DNA of 60,472 bases, filler included. It is 5 parts of 5 records of this genome, joined end to end, with 100 filler letters (N's around TTAATTAATTAA, not from the genome) between each part and the next. Parts side by side here need not be neighbours in the genome. Positions count along the whole stretch, not along the records: positions 20,285 to 28,012 come from DRR378314_1043; positions 28,113 to 41,796 come from DRR378314_1048; 3 more parts are not named here. One strand, written 5' to 3'. Numbering within the stretch: the stretch's first letter is position 1; the number at the start of each line of letters is the position of its first letter. The position numbers and the translations under genes were made by a program. Under the pieces are notes generated by a model. It did no database searches and was not told the origin of the DNA. It saw only the letters and a program-made list of their open reading frames with translations. Of this stretch, positions 25,166 through 36,709 are shown piece by piece.

Positions 25166-26659
25166 ATGACCACCGGCCCCGACTGGAGATCCCTGGACAA
25201 GGACCTTGCCCGCCTCAATCAGACGGAGCGCACGACAGGCTATGTGGTGCGTCCGCTGCTGGGGCTGGGGCTGGCGCTTGCCTTCATGGCCTTTGCCGGG
25301 CTTGAAGCTGCGCTGGTCATGGGCACCTCGCCCACCACTATCATGGCCATGGTGGCTGCGGTTTTTGGCGCTTATCTGGCGCTCAACATCGGCGCCAACG
25401 ATGTGGCCAACAACATGGGCCCGGCGGTGGGGGCCAAAGCGCTTCCTATGACCGCCGCGCTGATCGCCGCCGCGCTGGCAGAAATCACCGGCGCGCTCCT
25501 TGGCGGCAGCGAGGTGGTCAACACCGTATCCCGCCGCCTGATCGACCCCTCTGCGATGAACAGCTCGCAAGTGATGGTGCAGGCGATGATGTCGGCAATG
25601 ATCGCATCCGCCCTCTGGGTCAATCTCGCAACCTGGCTGGGGGCCCCGGTCTCCACCACCCAGAGCATCATCGGTGCCATTCTGGGGGCCACCTGCGCCG
25701 CCGCAGGCCTTGCTGCGGTGGACTGGCTGACCTTCAGCAGCATTGCCACCAGCTGGATGCTGTCACCGTTGATCGGTGCCGCGCTGGCAATGGCGCTTCT
25801 GGCCTTGATCCAGCACCTGATCAGCCGCCGGGACGACAAGATGGCCGCCGCACGGCGCTGGGTTCCAGTTCTTCTGGCGGGCATGGGCGGGGCCTTTGGC
25901 ACCTTTTTCGCCCTGAAGCTGCCGGACACCATTGCCGCCGTCACACCTGAACAGGCTCTCGGCGTTGGGGCACTTGCGGGTGGGCTCTCCTTCGTGATCG
26001 CCCGTCCGGTCATCCGCTACCGCGCCGCGCAGCTGGAACACCAGAAGGGCGCCATCAAGGCTCTGTTCCGCCTGCCATTGGTCATCGCAGCGGTGCTGAT
26101 GTCCTTTGCCCATGGTGCCAATGACGTCGCCAATGCAATCAGCCCGCTGGCCACCATTGTTCAGGTCATGGGCCAAGAGAGCATTGGCACCCATCCCGCC
26201 GAAATCGATGCCTTCGCTCCGGTCAGCGTTCCGTTCTGGGTGCTGATCATCGGCGCGCTTGGCATGGCCATGGGAGTGCTGCTGTTTGGTCCGCGCCTGA
26301 TCAATATGGTCGGCACGCAGATCACCAAGCTCAATCCCATCCGCGCCTATTGTGTTTCCACCTCCGCGGCCCTGACAGTCATTGTCGCGAGCTGGCTGGG
26401 ACTGCCAGTCTCCTCAACTCATGTGGCGGTTGGCGCGGTCTTTGGGGTCGGCTTCTATCGCGAACATGTGGCCGCCCAGACCCGACGCGCAGGTGGGAAA
26501 TCAAACCGGCCCGGCCTGCCGCGCGAAGACCGCAGTCGCAGACGTCTGGTGCGGCGCAGCCATGTGCTGACCATTCTGGCGGCCTGGCTGATCACCGTGC
26601 CGCTCTCTGCCATGCTCTCGGCCCTTGTGTTTACGGTGCTGCGTTTCTTTGCAGGCTAA
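25166..26659 (+). CDS. Inorganic phosphate transporter, PiT family
   Basis: Two PHO4 signatures (GANDVANNMG, HGANDVANAI), PVSTTQ/PVSSTH motifs and many TM segments. GAGGAGG RBS. Confidence 0.93.
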   Translation: MTTGPDWRSLDKDLARLNQTERTTGYVVRPLLGLGLALAFMAFAGLEAALVMGTSPTTIMAMVAAVFGAYLALNIGANDVANNMGPAVGAKALPMTAALIAAALAEITGALLGGSEVVNTVSRRLIDPSAMNSSQVMVQAMMSAMIASALWVNLATWLGAPVSTTQSIIGAILGATCAAAGLAAVDWLTFSSIATSWMLSPLIGAALAMALLALIQHLISRRDDKMAAARRWVPVLLAGMGGAFGTFFALKLPDTIAAVTPEQALGVGALAGGLSFVIARPVIRYRAAQLEHQKGAIKALFRLPLVIAAVLMSFAHGANDVANAISPLATIVQVMGQESIGTHPAEIDAFAPVSVPFWVLIIGALGMAMGVLLFGPRLINMVGTQITKLNPIRAYCVSTSAALTVIVASWLGLPVSSTHVAVGAVFGVGFYREHVAAQTRRAGGKSNRPGLPREDRSRRRLVRRSHVLTILAAWLITVPLSAMLSALVFTVLRFFAG

Positions 26660-26709
26660 GCTGGCCTGCCCTCCGTCGCCCAGCGCGTGCCGAGGGCACG
26701 TCCCCCTGC

Positions 26710-27663
26710 TTACTGAGGGCCATTCGCGTCCGGTAGGGCCGCCGCCAGAGCGGTGGTGAGGGGCATCGCCACCCCAAGCCGCTGCCCCAGCGTCAAAAGC
26801 GGCTGCAACGACAGACGGCTGTTCCCGAAGGCGCCGCGCCCCACGACTTCGGGCCACCCTAACCGATATGTGAGCGCAGGTGGCAGCGCTCCGACGCGCA
26901 TTATACGAACACGGAGAGCCAACGGCAGTCCCATCGTCGATGTCGGCCGAATGTCAGCCTTGTGCAGAACGTCCAGTGCTTCTTGCAAATGGTCTGCAAC
27001 CCATCCGCGCCGCTTCGGGTCATGCAACACCTCCGCCGATGACAGCTCAGCGGCAACCGCGCAGAGCTGTGCCAGATCCGGCAGGCATCTCCCCCACAAT
27101 ACTCCGGTGACGTCGCGCTGCGCCGTCACCTCCAGACAAGGCACATCAAGATCACGCGCCAGTGTCTCAGTGTCATTTGCGATCACCAGTGGCCCGCTGT
27201 GCGAGCGATGCAGCCACAGCGCCGCATCGTCTGGTGGGGACGTACGCTGCTCGATCTGGCAGGACAGGACAGCGGGCAGTACCTGACGGTTTGGCAAGCG
27301 CACTGCCAGTTGCGTCCCGTCGCTGGGAACAGAGGACATCACCTGCACAACCAGCGCCTCGCGCAGGCCTTTTTCCGACAGGAAATCCGCGATTCCAGCA
27401 ACTTCTGCAACCGTGCGATCAACCACGATAACAACGCCACCCACCGTCAGCCCCGCCGTATCAGTCCGGCATGCCAACGTCTCCGCGCCGATCCGTGCAT
27501 CAAGCCCGCTGCGATCCGTCAGGCGCAGCCCGTCGTGCCGAAAGACATCGCAAATGTCAGTCGGTGTGATCCATGTCACCGCATGCCCCGCCGCCGCCCA
27601 GAGGCCGGCGCAAAAGCCCGCCGCCGCAGGCTCACCCATGACAGTGATATGCCCGTCGCTCAT
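26710..27663 (-). CDS. Ketopantoate reductase (PanE/ApbA)-like protein, divergent
   Basis: Rossmann-like N-terminus (HITVMG..GFCAGLWAAAGHAVTWI..DGLRLTD), DVTGVLWG and a C-terminal GVAMP. The GxGxxG motif is degenerate. Confidence 0.6.
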   Translation of the reverse strand: MSDGHITVMGEPAAAGFCAGLWAAAGHAVTWITPTDICDVFRHDGLRLTDRSGLDARIGAETLACRTDTAGLTVGGVVIVVDRTVAEVAGIADFLSEKGLREALVVQVMSSVPSDGTQLAVRLPNRQVLPAVLSCQIEQRTSPPDDAALWLHRSHSGPLVIANDTETLARDLDVPCLEVTAQRDVTGVLWGRCLPDLAQLCAVAAELSSAEVLHDPKRRGWVADHLQEALDVLHKADIRPTSTMGLPLALRVRIMRVGALPPALTYRLGWPEVVGRGAFGNSRLSLQPLLTLGQRLGVAMPLTTALAAALPDANGPQ

Positions 27664-27752
27664 CTGGGCCTCTCCCCGGCATATTGCAGTGTCCGCACCC
27701 TGCCAGTGTCACCCCGGCCAGACCAGATGTGAACCGCCTGCGCAAATGCACC

Positions 27753-27838
27753 GCGCCGGGCCAATGGCCCGGCGCTACGCCCAACGGGCGGATCTGCATG
27801 TCAATGCAGGTGCAACGGGCGGGAGCCTCCCCGCCGTG
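27753..27838 (-). repeat. Structured intergenic repeat (REP/MITE-like), copy A
   Basis: The reverse complement reads GCTCCCGCCCGT-TGCACCTGCATTGACATGCAGATCC-GCCCGTTGGGC-GTA-GCGCCGGGCCA-T-TGGCCCGGCGC. It shares blocks with the element at 60272-60356. Confidence 0.7.
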
Positions 27839-27858
27839 ACCTCATCGATGCCGGCGGA

Positions 27859-28012
<154 letters not shown>

Positions 28013-28112
28013 NNNNNNNNNNNNNNNNNNNNNNNNNNNNNNNNNNNNNNNNNNNNTTAATTAATTAANNNNNNNNNNNNNNNNNNNNNNNNNNNNNNNN
28101 NNNNNNNNNNNN
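28013..28112. other. Artificial contig-joining spacer
   Basis: N-run + TTAATTAATTAA + N-run. Confidence 0.98.
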
Positions 28113-28113
28113 G

Positions 28114-29688
<1,575 letters not shown>

Positions 29689-29707
29689 ACCTTTGAAAAA
29701 TTGATAA

Positions 29708-29743
29708 CACAGGCCCTTCTGAGCAATCAGGAGGGCCTGTTTC
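29708..29743. terminator. Hairpin terminator between convergent katG and the PNPOx-like gene
   Basis: Inverted repeat ACAGGCCCTTCTGA-GCAA-TCAGGAGGGCCTGT followed by TT. Confidence 0.7.
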
Positions 29744-29752
29744 GTGGTCGGT

Positions 29753-30307
29753 TCATGGGGCCAGCCACCGACCTTGCCAGCCATCCTGCGCTGCAAACAC
29801 CGCGCGGCGGTGACGTACATCCAGATGCACCAAATCCATCTGCGTCAATTGACATTTCAACACCGCAAACCGGCTGCGATCTGCGATTTTTTCATAGGCA
29901 TGGACCTCTGCAATCGGCGTGCCCGGTACAGGCTGCGTGCCATAGGACACGCGCGCGGCGACGGGCACCTGTGCCCAAGCTGCGTCAACCTGCGCTCCGG
30001 TCAAAATCTCGACCCGCGCGGTCAACCTGATCTGCAGGTCTGCGGCAGGCAGCCAGATGTGCAATGCCGCCATCGGGGTGTGACGCAGGGCCGTGACCTT
30101 ATCTGTCTCAATATCTGTATGCACCTCAACCGACGCAGCCGCACGATCCGCACCGCGCAAGACCACTGTCCGCGCTTGTGGCACACTGTCCGGCCCCACC
30201 GTGGCAAAGGTGGGATAGCGCGCTGGCGAAGTGCCATCTGCAACCCCCTGTGCCAGATGCGCCCAGGCATCATTCCAAAATGCATTCAGATCATTTGGAT
30301 CACTCAT
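29753..30307 (-). CDS. Pyridoxamine 5'-phosphate oxidase-like FMN-binding protein
   Basis: FATVG..PQARTVVLR..HTDIETDKV..QIRL and terminal WLAP. Its start overlaps the upstream stop (ATGAGTGA). Confidence 0.85.
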   Translation of the reverse strand: MSDPNDLNAFWNDAWAHLAQGVADGTSPARYPTFATVGPDSVPQARTVVLRGADRAAASVEVHTDIETDKVTALRHTPMAALHIWLPAADLQIRLTARVEILTGAQVDAAWAQVPVAARVSYGTQPVPGTPIAEVHAYEKIADRSRFAVLKCQLTQMDLVHLDVRHRRAVFAAQDGWQGRWLAP

Positions 30308-31340
30308 AACCCGTCATCTCCAAATACCCTGTACCACTGTGACTGCCACGAAATGTGACCGGCCCCTCCCAATAGGGGATCGACAGGCCCATCCAGGCAT
30401 CCCGGTTCAGCGCCGACACCGTCACATCCACCCCGCGTTCGGGCAGTTTCACCTGCCATTCAACCGGCACCTCACGCCCCGCAACCTGATGATTTTCCAA
30501 AGATTTCGCTGTAAATACCCCCGCAGGCATATTGCTTGTTGTGCCGTCCGGCGCAATCCAGGTGGAGGCGCTATATCCCTCACCATCCGACTGGCGCAGC
30601 TGGAATCCCATCAGCTTGGCCCCATCATCAAATGACAGGGAAAACCAATCCCAACCGGTTTGCGTCTCGCCCAAAGGTTGGGAAGACCATTCGCGGTCCA
30701 GCCATGCAGAGCCGGTGACTGCCACCTTGCCCTCGGGCAAGTTCAGGCTGCCCGCGATGTCGAAAAACGGCTGGGAATAATAGTAGCTCGCCTGCCCCTG
30801 CTGTGACTTGACAGAGTAACCGTCTGCCCCGTGAAACACCAATGGCCCTTTGGCGCTCAACATCATGTCATAGGCAAAATCCGGGCCGGAGGCCGTCAGT
30901 GTCATCGCGTCGAAATCCGCCCCCTTCATCGCCCATTCATCAATCCACGCATGAAACGGTGCGGCCTTTACCCCCGCTTGCCCAATCCCGCCACGGGCAA
31001 AACGTTCACTGGCAAAATGCGCATCCGGCGTGGTGACAGCTGCATGGGCAAACCACACCTGAGGAGAGCCCCAGCCCGCTGCCTCTCCCGGTGCAAGTGC
31101 GGTGCGAAACAGGGTCCATTGCAGCCCATAGGGCGTGCCATCCGGCCCTGTCAGATTGGCCGTCAGATACCACCATTCGATACGATACTCGGGATGGGGG
31201 CCGTGATCCCTGGGAAAGCTAAAAACCGGATCCGGCGCTGGTGTCGCAAAACCTTTTACATCCGCGCCAAGGCCAGAAAAACCCTGCGCCCAAAGGGTCA
31301 CCGGAAACAGACAAAGGAAGACAAACAGCCTAACGTTCAT
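30300..31340 (-). CDS. Secreted lipocalin-like/CrtC-AttH family protein
   Basis: Signal peptide, FPRDHGPHPEYRIEWWY, ASYYYSQP, WLDREWSS, GWDWF and YWEG..GYLEMTGY. Confidence 0.88.
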   Translation of the reverse strand: MNVRLFVFLCLFPVTLWAQGFSGLGADVKGFATPAPDPVFSFPRDHGPHPEYRIEWWYLTANLTGPDGTPYGLQWTLFRTALAPGEAAGWGSPQVWFAHAAVTTPDAHFASERFARGGIGQAGVKAAPFHAWIDEWAMKGADFDAMTLTASGPDFAYDMMLSAKGPLVFHGADGYSVKSQQGQASYYYSQPFFDIAGSLNLPEGKVAVTGSAWLDREWSSQPLGETQTGWDWFSLSFDDGAKLMGFQLRQSDGEGYSASTWIAPDGTTSNMPAGVFTAKSLENHQVAGREVPVEWQVKLPERGVDVTVSALNRDAWMGLSIPYWEGPVTFRGSHSGTGYLEMTGYE

Positions 31341-33705
31341 TGGCAAAAACCTTTAGCAAAGCGGAGGGCGGTTTGCGCATCAGACGCATTGCCGGCCATA
31401 GGGCAGCCAATACCGCCGCGATCAGCGCATAGGTGCCCAGCCAGAAATATTCGACCGGGAACAGATACATGGGCAGTTGCCAGCCAAACGCCTCTACATT
31501 GATAATGCTGAGCAGAACCCAAGCGAGGGCCAGCCCCAAGGGCACCGCACAGAGAAACACCAGCGTCGCCAGCGCCACGGCGCGCAGCACCTCAAGCCAG
31601 CCCAACATCCGCCGCGTCAGCCCCAAGGCCCAGACCGGGGCAAGCTGCGGCACACGCAGATCGGCCAAAGTCAGCAGGCTCATCAAAATCGCGAAACCGG
31701 CAACCATCAGGGTCAGCGCGTTCAGCGCGGCGGTGACGGTGAATGTTCGCTCAAACACCTGCATCGACAGCGCCTTGATCGCCACCTGATCGGTGATCGC
31801 ATTGGGCGCAATGCCAAGCGCCTGCGTCAGATCCTCGCGCAAGGCCGCCGGGTCCGCGCTGCGTATGCCAAAGCGCAGCGGCACCAGCGACGGATGCAGC
31901 CTTTCAAACAGCGATTGCGCAATCACAACCTGCCCGTTGGGATTACCGTAATCGCCGACAACCGCTGCAATGGGCAGGGTCAGCTTCGCGTCAATCTCGA
32001 CATCGTCACCCACCCGCAACCCCGCACGGCGGGCCAGTTGTTCATTCACCACCACCGCCTGCCCCGCCGCAACCGCATCCCATGGCTGTGTCGCCGCCGC
32101 CAGAAACACCCAGTTGTCACGATAGGTGGGCCCAACCCGGACACTATATAATTCGGTCGGGCGACCGGTGATGCGTGTTTGCACCGACATCAGTGGCAGC
32201 GCCTCAATGGCCTTTGCATCCAGATAGGACAGCAGCGCGGCACTTTCCTCCGCGGTTTCAACCTGCACAAACAACTCCGGCGCAAGCCGTTGATCAAGAA
32301 AGCCAATAAAGGTCAGCCTGAAACTCGATACCATGGTCGACACACCGATATTGGCCGCGACCGCCAGCAACAGCGCCATCAGGGCAAGGCTCAGCCCCGG
32401 CAATTGCTGCCGCGTATCGGCCCAGAACCATTGCCACAACGGGGCGCGGGCGCGGGTCTCGCATATAGATAGCATCAGGGCGGTGACAACGGGCAGCGCA
32501 AGGGCGGCCCCGATCAACAGACAGCCCAGCAAGGCAAAGCCCGCGATCAACCCTTTGCCGAATATGGCCAGAAGCAGCGCTGCGCCCAGCAGGACCATGG
32601 CCCCCTGTGTCTGAAACCGGAACCGCGCGGCCGAGGCCATGACCCAAGCACGTGGGCGCACACTGGCCAGCAAGGGCATATGGCTGATCTGCCAGATCCG
32701 CCCTGCCAATGCGATGGCGGTGCCAAGCAGCGCTATCAACAGCCCCGACAGCCACCATTCGACGCGGATGTGCAGCTTGCCGGAAATTTCTGCCCCATAA
32801 AGCCCGCGCAGGGTGGCGGCGACATCGGGCAGCAAAAGCGCCGCGATAAGATAGCCCGCAATCACCCCCAGCGCCGCACCAATGGCGGCCAATGTCATCA
32901 TCTCAACCGCAATCATCGTGAGCAACAGGCGCAAGGGCACGCCCAAAGAGCGCAGCGTGCGGATCATCCCCCGACGCTGCTCAAACGCCAGGCCGATGGT
33001 GCTGTGCACAATAAACAGACCCACGGCAAAGCTGAGCAAGCCAAAGGCGGTGAGGTTCAGATGGAAACTATCGGTCAATTGCCCGATGTCCGCCCCTTGC
33101 GCTGCGGCTTGCAGACGCAGCTCCGGGGCGACACTGGACAGATCCGGCCTGCCAAGCGGTTGATCTGGCAGAACGATCAGGCGGGACAGATCATTGCGGT
33201 TCAACAGGGTTTGCACGGTGCCTATCTCGGCGATGCCAATGCCCGGTGCAATGCTGGCATCCACGGTGACCGTCAGACCCGCTTGCAAACGCTCTGCGGT
33301 CTGTGGATTCACAAACACCTGTTCCGCACCAGCTTCACCCACTGTCAAAAGCCGTTCCGGTTGCAGCCCACCAAGCCCGCCGGGGGTGGTGACGGGATCA
33401 ACCCCAATGATGCGCAGCCCCTGAAGCCGCCCCTCGATCACCGGCGAGACCAGCCAGCCTGCCCGCCTGAGCGTGATATACGTCTCTTGCGGAATGCGAC
33501 TGCCTTGCCGTGGCACCAACTGGTCAAACTGCCCCTCGCCCAGAGTTGCTGCGGCGTTGTCATAACTCGCGCGGGCCTCTGCGTTGATCGCCTGCACACC
33601 GGACCATAAGGCAGTGGCCAGCGCCAATCCCGCGAGATAGGCAAACAGCTGGATCGGGTTGCGCCGCCAATGCGACAAAAGCGCCGAAAAACAGGCCCCT
33701 ATCAT
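31330..33705 (-). CDS. ABC transporter permease with duplicated MacB/FtsX domains (AttF/G-like)
   Basis: 791 aa with two FtsX-like TM clusters (LRSLGV; INVEAFGW). Translationally coupled to the ATPase through an ATGA overlap. Confidence 0.88.
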   Translation of the reverse strand: MIGACFSALLSHWRRNPIQLFAYLAGLALATALWSGVQAINAEARASYDNAAATLGEGQFDQLVPRQGSRIPQETYITLRRAGWLVSPVIEGRLQGLRIIGVDPVTTPGGLGGLQPERLLTVGEAGAEQVFVNPQTAERLQAGLTVTVDASIAPGIGIAEIGTVQTLLNRNDLSRLIVLPDQPLGRPDLSSVAPELRLQAAAQGADIGQLTDSFHLNLTAFGLLSFAVGLFIVHSTIGLAFEQRRGMIRTLRSLGVPLRLLLTMIAVEMMTLAAIGAALGVIAGYLIAALLLPDVAATLRGLYGAEISGKLHIRVEWWLSGLLIALLGTAIALAGRIWQISHMPLLASVRPRAWVMASAARFRFQTQGAMVLLGAALLLAIFGKGLIAGFALLGCLLIGAALALPVVTALMLSICETRARAPLWQWFWADTRQQLPGLSLALMALLLAVAANIGVSTMVSSFRLTFIGFLDQRLAPELFVQVETAEESAALLSYLDAKAIEALPLMSVQTRITGRPTELYSVRVGPTYRDNWVFLAAATQPWDAVAAGQAVVVNEQLARRAGLRVGDDVEIDAKLTLPIAAVVGDYGNPNGQVVIAQSLFERLHPSLVPLRFGIRSADPAALREDLTQALGIAPNAITDQVAIKALSMQVFERTFTVTAALNALTLMVAGFAILMSLLTLADLRVPQLAPVWALGLTRRMLGWLEVLRAVALATLVFLCAVPLGLALAWVLLSIINVEAFGWQLPMYLFPVEYFWLGTYALIAAVLAALWPAMRLMRKPPSALLKVFANER

Positions 33706-34358
33706 GCCAGCAGGCCGCTTTTCAGATGCAAGCGGCGCTGCATGCGGGCGGCGATGGCTGGCGAATGGGTCACCAACATCAGCCCGGCCCCGGTCTGCGT
33801 GACAAGATCCAGCATCTGTTCCAGCACCTCTTCTGCTGTGCCCTCATCCAGATTCCCCGTGGGTTCATCCGCCAGCAAGAGTTTCGGTTTGGCGGCAAGC
33901 GCGCGGGCAATCGCCACACGCTGTTGTTGCCCCCCGGACAGGGTTTCGGGGTAGGCGTTCAAATGATCCGCCAACCCCAAGGCTGCGCTGACTTGGGCGA
34001 TGTGGCTGGCATCCCCCCGCCCGGCAAGGCGCGCCTGAAACGCAATATTGGCGGTAACTGTCAGCGAGGGGATGAGGTTAAATTGTTGAAAAACCAATGC
34101 GATATCGGTACGGCGCAGCTGCGCAAGGGCACCGTCTTCCATCGGGCCAAGGTTTTGACCTGCAACCTTGACAGTGCCGCTGTCGAACGCCTCCAGCCCG
34201 GCGGCCACATGCAAAAGCGTGCTTTTGCCACTGCCGGATTCCCCGGTCAGCGCCAATGTCTGCCCCGCCGCCAGATCAAAGCTGACCCCGCGCAGCACTG
34301 GCACTGGCCCGTCATTGCTTGGAAATGATTTCTCGACCTTGTCGAATTCTAACAGCAT
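33702..34358 (-). CDS. ABC transporter ATP-binding protein (LolD/MacB-like)
   Basis: GESGSGKST, LSGGQQQRV, LLADEPTGNLD and VTHS motifs. Confidence 0.95.
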   Translation of the reverse strand: MLLEFDKVEKSFPSNDGPVPVLRGVSFDLAAGQTLALTGESGSGKSTLLHVAAGLEAFDSGTVKVAGQNLGPMEDGALAQLRRTDIALVFQQFNLIPSLTVTANIAFQARLAGRGDASHIAQVSAALGLADHLNAYPETLSGGQQQRVAIARALAAKPKLLLADEPTGNLDEGTAEEVLEQMLDLVTQTGAGLMLVTHSPAIAARMQRRLHLKSGLLA

Positions 34359-34469
34359 GGCCATCTCCCGTGACCCTCAGATTTAGCGGATCGTGGCAGG
34401 ATTGACAGCAGCTTGCCCGAAATTGACCAATGTGACGCGGGCATGGCAAGCTGCCGCGTGGGACGCGAC

Positions 34470-35024
34470 CTAAAAACTTGGCGGCGTGCAGGCGCTGATG
34501 ATCTTGCAAGGGGCGTCACTGATATTGCGGAACCTGTGTGGCAAGCGGCTGTCAAACAGGTACCCCTCACCAGCCCGCAGCACCCTGACCTGATCCGCGA
34601 CAGTGATTTCGATTTCGCCCGCCGTTACAATCCCAGCTTCTTCACCCGCATGGGTCAGTAATTCTGGCCCGGTATCTGCCTGCGGCGGATAGGTTTCATC
34701 CAAAACCTGCAACGAATGTGTGCTGGCGTCGCCAAGCTGGCGCAAAGACACCCCCTGCACCCCCGATTGCGGGGCGATTTCGACAAATTCTTCCGCTTTG
34801 TAGAAATAGGTGGGCTGGGTTTCTTCTTCGATATTGGCGAAAAATTCGGCGATGCTCATGGGAATCGCGTCCAGCAGGCTTTTGAGGGAGGCAACCGAGG
34901 GGCTGGTCTTGTTCTGTTCAATGAGCGAAATCGTGCCATTGGTCAAACCTGCCCGCGCAGCCAGCTCGCGTTGCGACAACCCCTGCGCCTTGCGCAATTC
35001 CTGTAGTCTTTTCCCAATGTTCAC
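34470..35024 (-). CDS. XRE-HTH + cupin transcriptional regulator (PuuR-like)
   Basis: LSQRELAARAGLTNGTISLIEQNKTSPSVASL and a cupin HAGEEAG..FDSRLPHRFRN. Divergent from gabT. The start is GTG 35024 or ATG 35039. Confidence 0.85.
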   Translation of the reverse strand: MNIGKRLQELRKAQGLSQRELAARAGLTNGTISLIEQNKTSPSVASLKSLLDAIPMSIAEFFANIEEETQPTYFYKAEEFVEIAPQSGVQGVSLRQLGDASTHSLQVLDETYPPQADTGPELLTHAGEEAGIVTAGEIEITVADQVRVLRAGEGYLFDSRLPHRFRNISDAPCKIISACTPPSF

Positions 35025-35115
35025 AAGGCTTTCCCTCATTGGTTCGTTTTTTTTGGTTTCGCCGCTTCTCTAACGCATCTTGAACTTGGTCAAAAGCCAA
35101 ATGGGCGCTTTCGGG

Positions 35116-35196
35116 AAATTGTAACAATTGACAGCTGCAGCAGGCCACTGTTGTGTATTGACAGCTATAATAAACGCACTATGAGAATTTTAAACA
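35116..35196 (+). promoter_or_regulatory. Putative gabT promoter/operator region
   Basis: TTGACA at 35158 with TATGAG 16 nt downstream, a near-palindrome AATTGTAACAATT, and AT-rich boxes CTATAATAAACG and GAATTTTAAACA. Confidence 0.4.
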
Positions 35197-35256
35197 CCCC
35201 CACCAATAGAATCATCCTTGGGGGCTTTCATGTTCTGATGCCGTAGGAGCCTCGCC

Positions 35257-36657
35257 ATGTCGAACACTGTAAAGAAGAAGTCCCGCAAGGCCACAACCAA
35301 AGCCAAAACAAAGCCAGTGATGTCAGTTGTACCGGACGTTGCCGTTACCACGACAACCGGCAAAAGCAACGCAGAGCTGATTGCCCGCCGTGAAGCTGCG
35401 GTTGCGCGTGGTGTTGCATCTGCTGCGCCGGTCTTTGCGGATCACGCAGAGAATGCGGAGCTTTGGGACGTCGAAGGCAACCGTTATGTAGATTTCGCCG
35501 GTGGTATCGCGGTTCTGAACACCGGGCACCGTCACCCCAAGGTGATTGCCGCCGCCAAGGCGCAGGAAGATCATTATACACACACCAGCTTTCAGGTTGT
35601 GCCCTATGAACCCTATGTCGCGCTGGCGGAAAAGCTGAACGCGCTGGCACCGGGTGATCACGCCAAGAAATCCCTGTTGGTCACCACTGGTGCGGAAGCG
35701 GTCGAGAATGCGGTAAAGATCGCGCGCGCGGCCACGGGCCGTCCCGGTGTTATCGCCTTTACCGGTGGTTATCACGGCCGCACTCTACTGACGCTGGGCA
35801 TGACCGGCAAAGTATCGCCTTACAAAAAAGACGTGGGGCCCTTCCCGTCAGACATCTTCCGTGCGCCCTTCCCTTCCCAGCGTGACGGTATCACCGTTCA
35901 GGACGCCCTGACCGGCCTGCAAAATCTGTTCCTGACAGATGCGCAGCCGGAGCGTATCGCCTGTATCATCATCGAACCCGTTTTGGGCGAAGGCGGCTAT
36001 ACACCAGTGCCTTTCGAGATGCTGACCGCCCTGCGCGAGATCTGTGACCAGCATGGTATCATGTTGATTGCAGACGAAATTCAGGCGGGCTTTGGCCGGA
36101 CTGGCACATGGTTTGCAATTGAACATTCCGGCGTGGTGCCGGATTTGATCACTGTGGCAAAATCTATGGCTGGCGGTTACCCGATTGCGGGCGTGATTGG
36201 CCGTGCCGAGGTGATGGATGCGGTTATTCCGGGCGGTTTGGGCGGCACCTATGGCGGCAACCCTGTGGCATGTGCTGCGGCTCTGGCGGCCATCGAAGCA
36301 ATCGAAGAAGAGGACCTGCTGGCCCGCTCCACTGCTTTGGGTCAGACCTTCCGCGACCGGTTTGCCGAAATCGGTGCCCGTGTGTCCCCTTTCCGCATGT
36401 GGGACATTCGCGGGTTGGGTGCGATGCTGGCGGTCGAATTTGTGACCGACTTTGAAACAGCAACACCGGATGCGGCCCTGACCAAAGCGGTTGTGGCACA
36501 TGCTTTGCAGCGTGGTTTGATCCTCTTGGCCTGTGGCATGCATGGCAACGCCCTGCGGATCATGGTGCCGCTGACCGCATCGGATGCCATCATCGACGAA
36601 GGCATCGCAATCTTTGAGGCGGCATTGGCCGCCGCGATTGCCGAACAGCAGATCTGA
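35257..36657 (+). CDS. gabT: 4-aminobutyrate aminotransferase (class III, GabT/PuuE)
   Basis: [38 protein letters not shown] lysine in VAKSMAGG and [16 protein letters not shown]. Confidence 0.92.
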   Translation: MSNTVKKKSRKATTKAKTKPVMSVVPDVAVTTTTGKSNAELIARREAAVARGVASAAPVFADHAENAELWDVEGNRYVDFAGGIAVLNTGHRHPKVIAAAKAQEDHYTHTSFQVVPYEPYVALAEKLNALAPGDHAKKSLLVTTGAEAVENAVKIARAATGRPGVIAFTGGYHGRTLLTLGMTGKVSPYKKDVGPFPSDIFRAPFPSQRDGITVQDALTGLQNLFLTDAQPERIACIIIEPVLGEGGYTPVPFEMLTALREICDQHGIMLIADEIQAGFGRTGTWFAIEHSGVVPDLITVAKSMAGGYPIAGVIGRAEVMDAVIPGGLGGTYGGNPVACAAALAAIEAIEEEDLLARSTALGQTFRDRFAEIGARVSPFRMWDIRGLGAMLAVEFVTDFETATPDAALTKAVVAHALQRGLILLACGMHGNALRIMVPLTASDAIIDEGIAIFEAALAAAIAEQQI

Positions 36658-36681
36658 GCCACGTCATTGACGTAATATCCG

Positions 36682-36709
36682 GGGCGGTCCGAATTGGACC
36701 GCCCTTTCT
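36682..36709 (+). terminator. Rho-independent terminator after gabT
   Basis: GGGCGGTCC-GAATT-GGACCGCCC followed by TTTCT. Confidence 0.7.
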
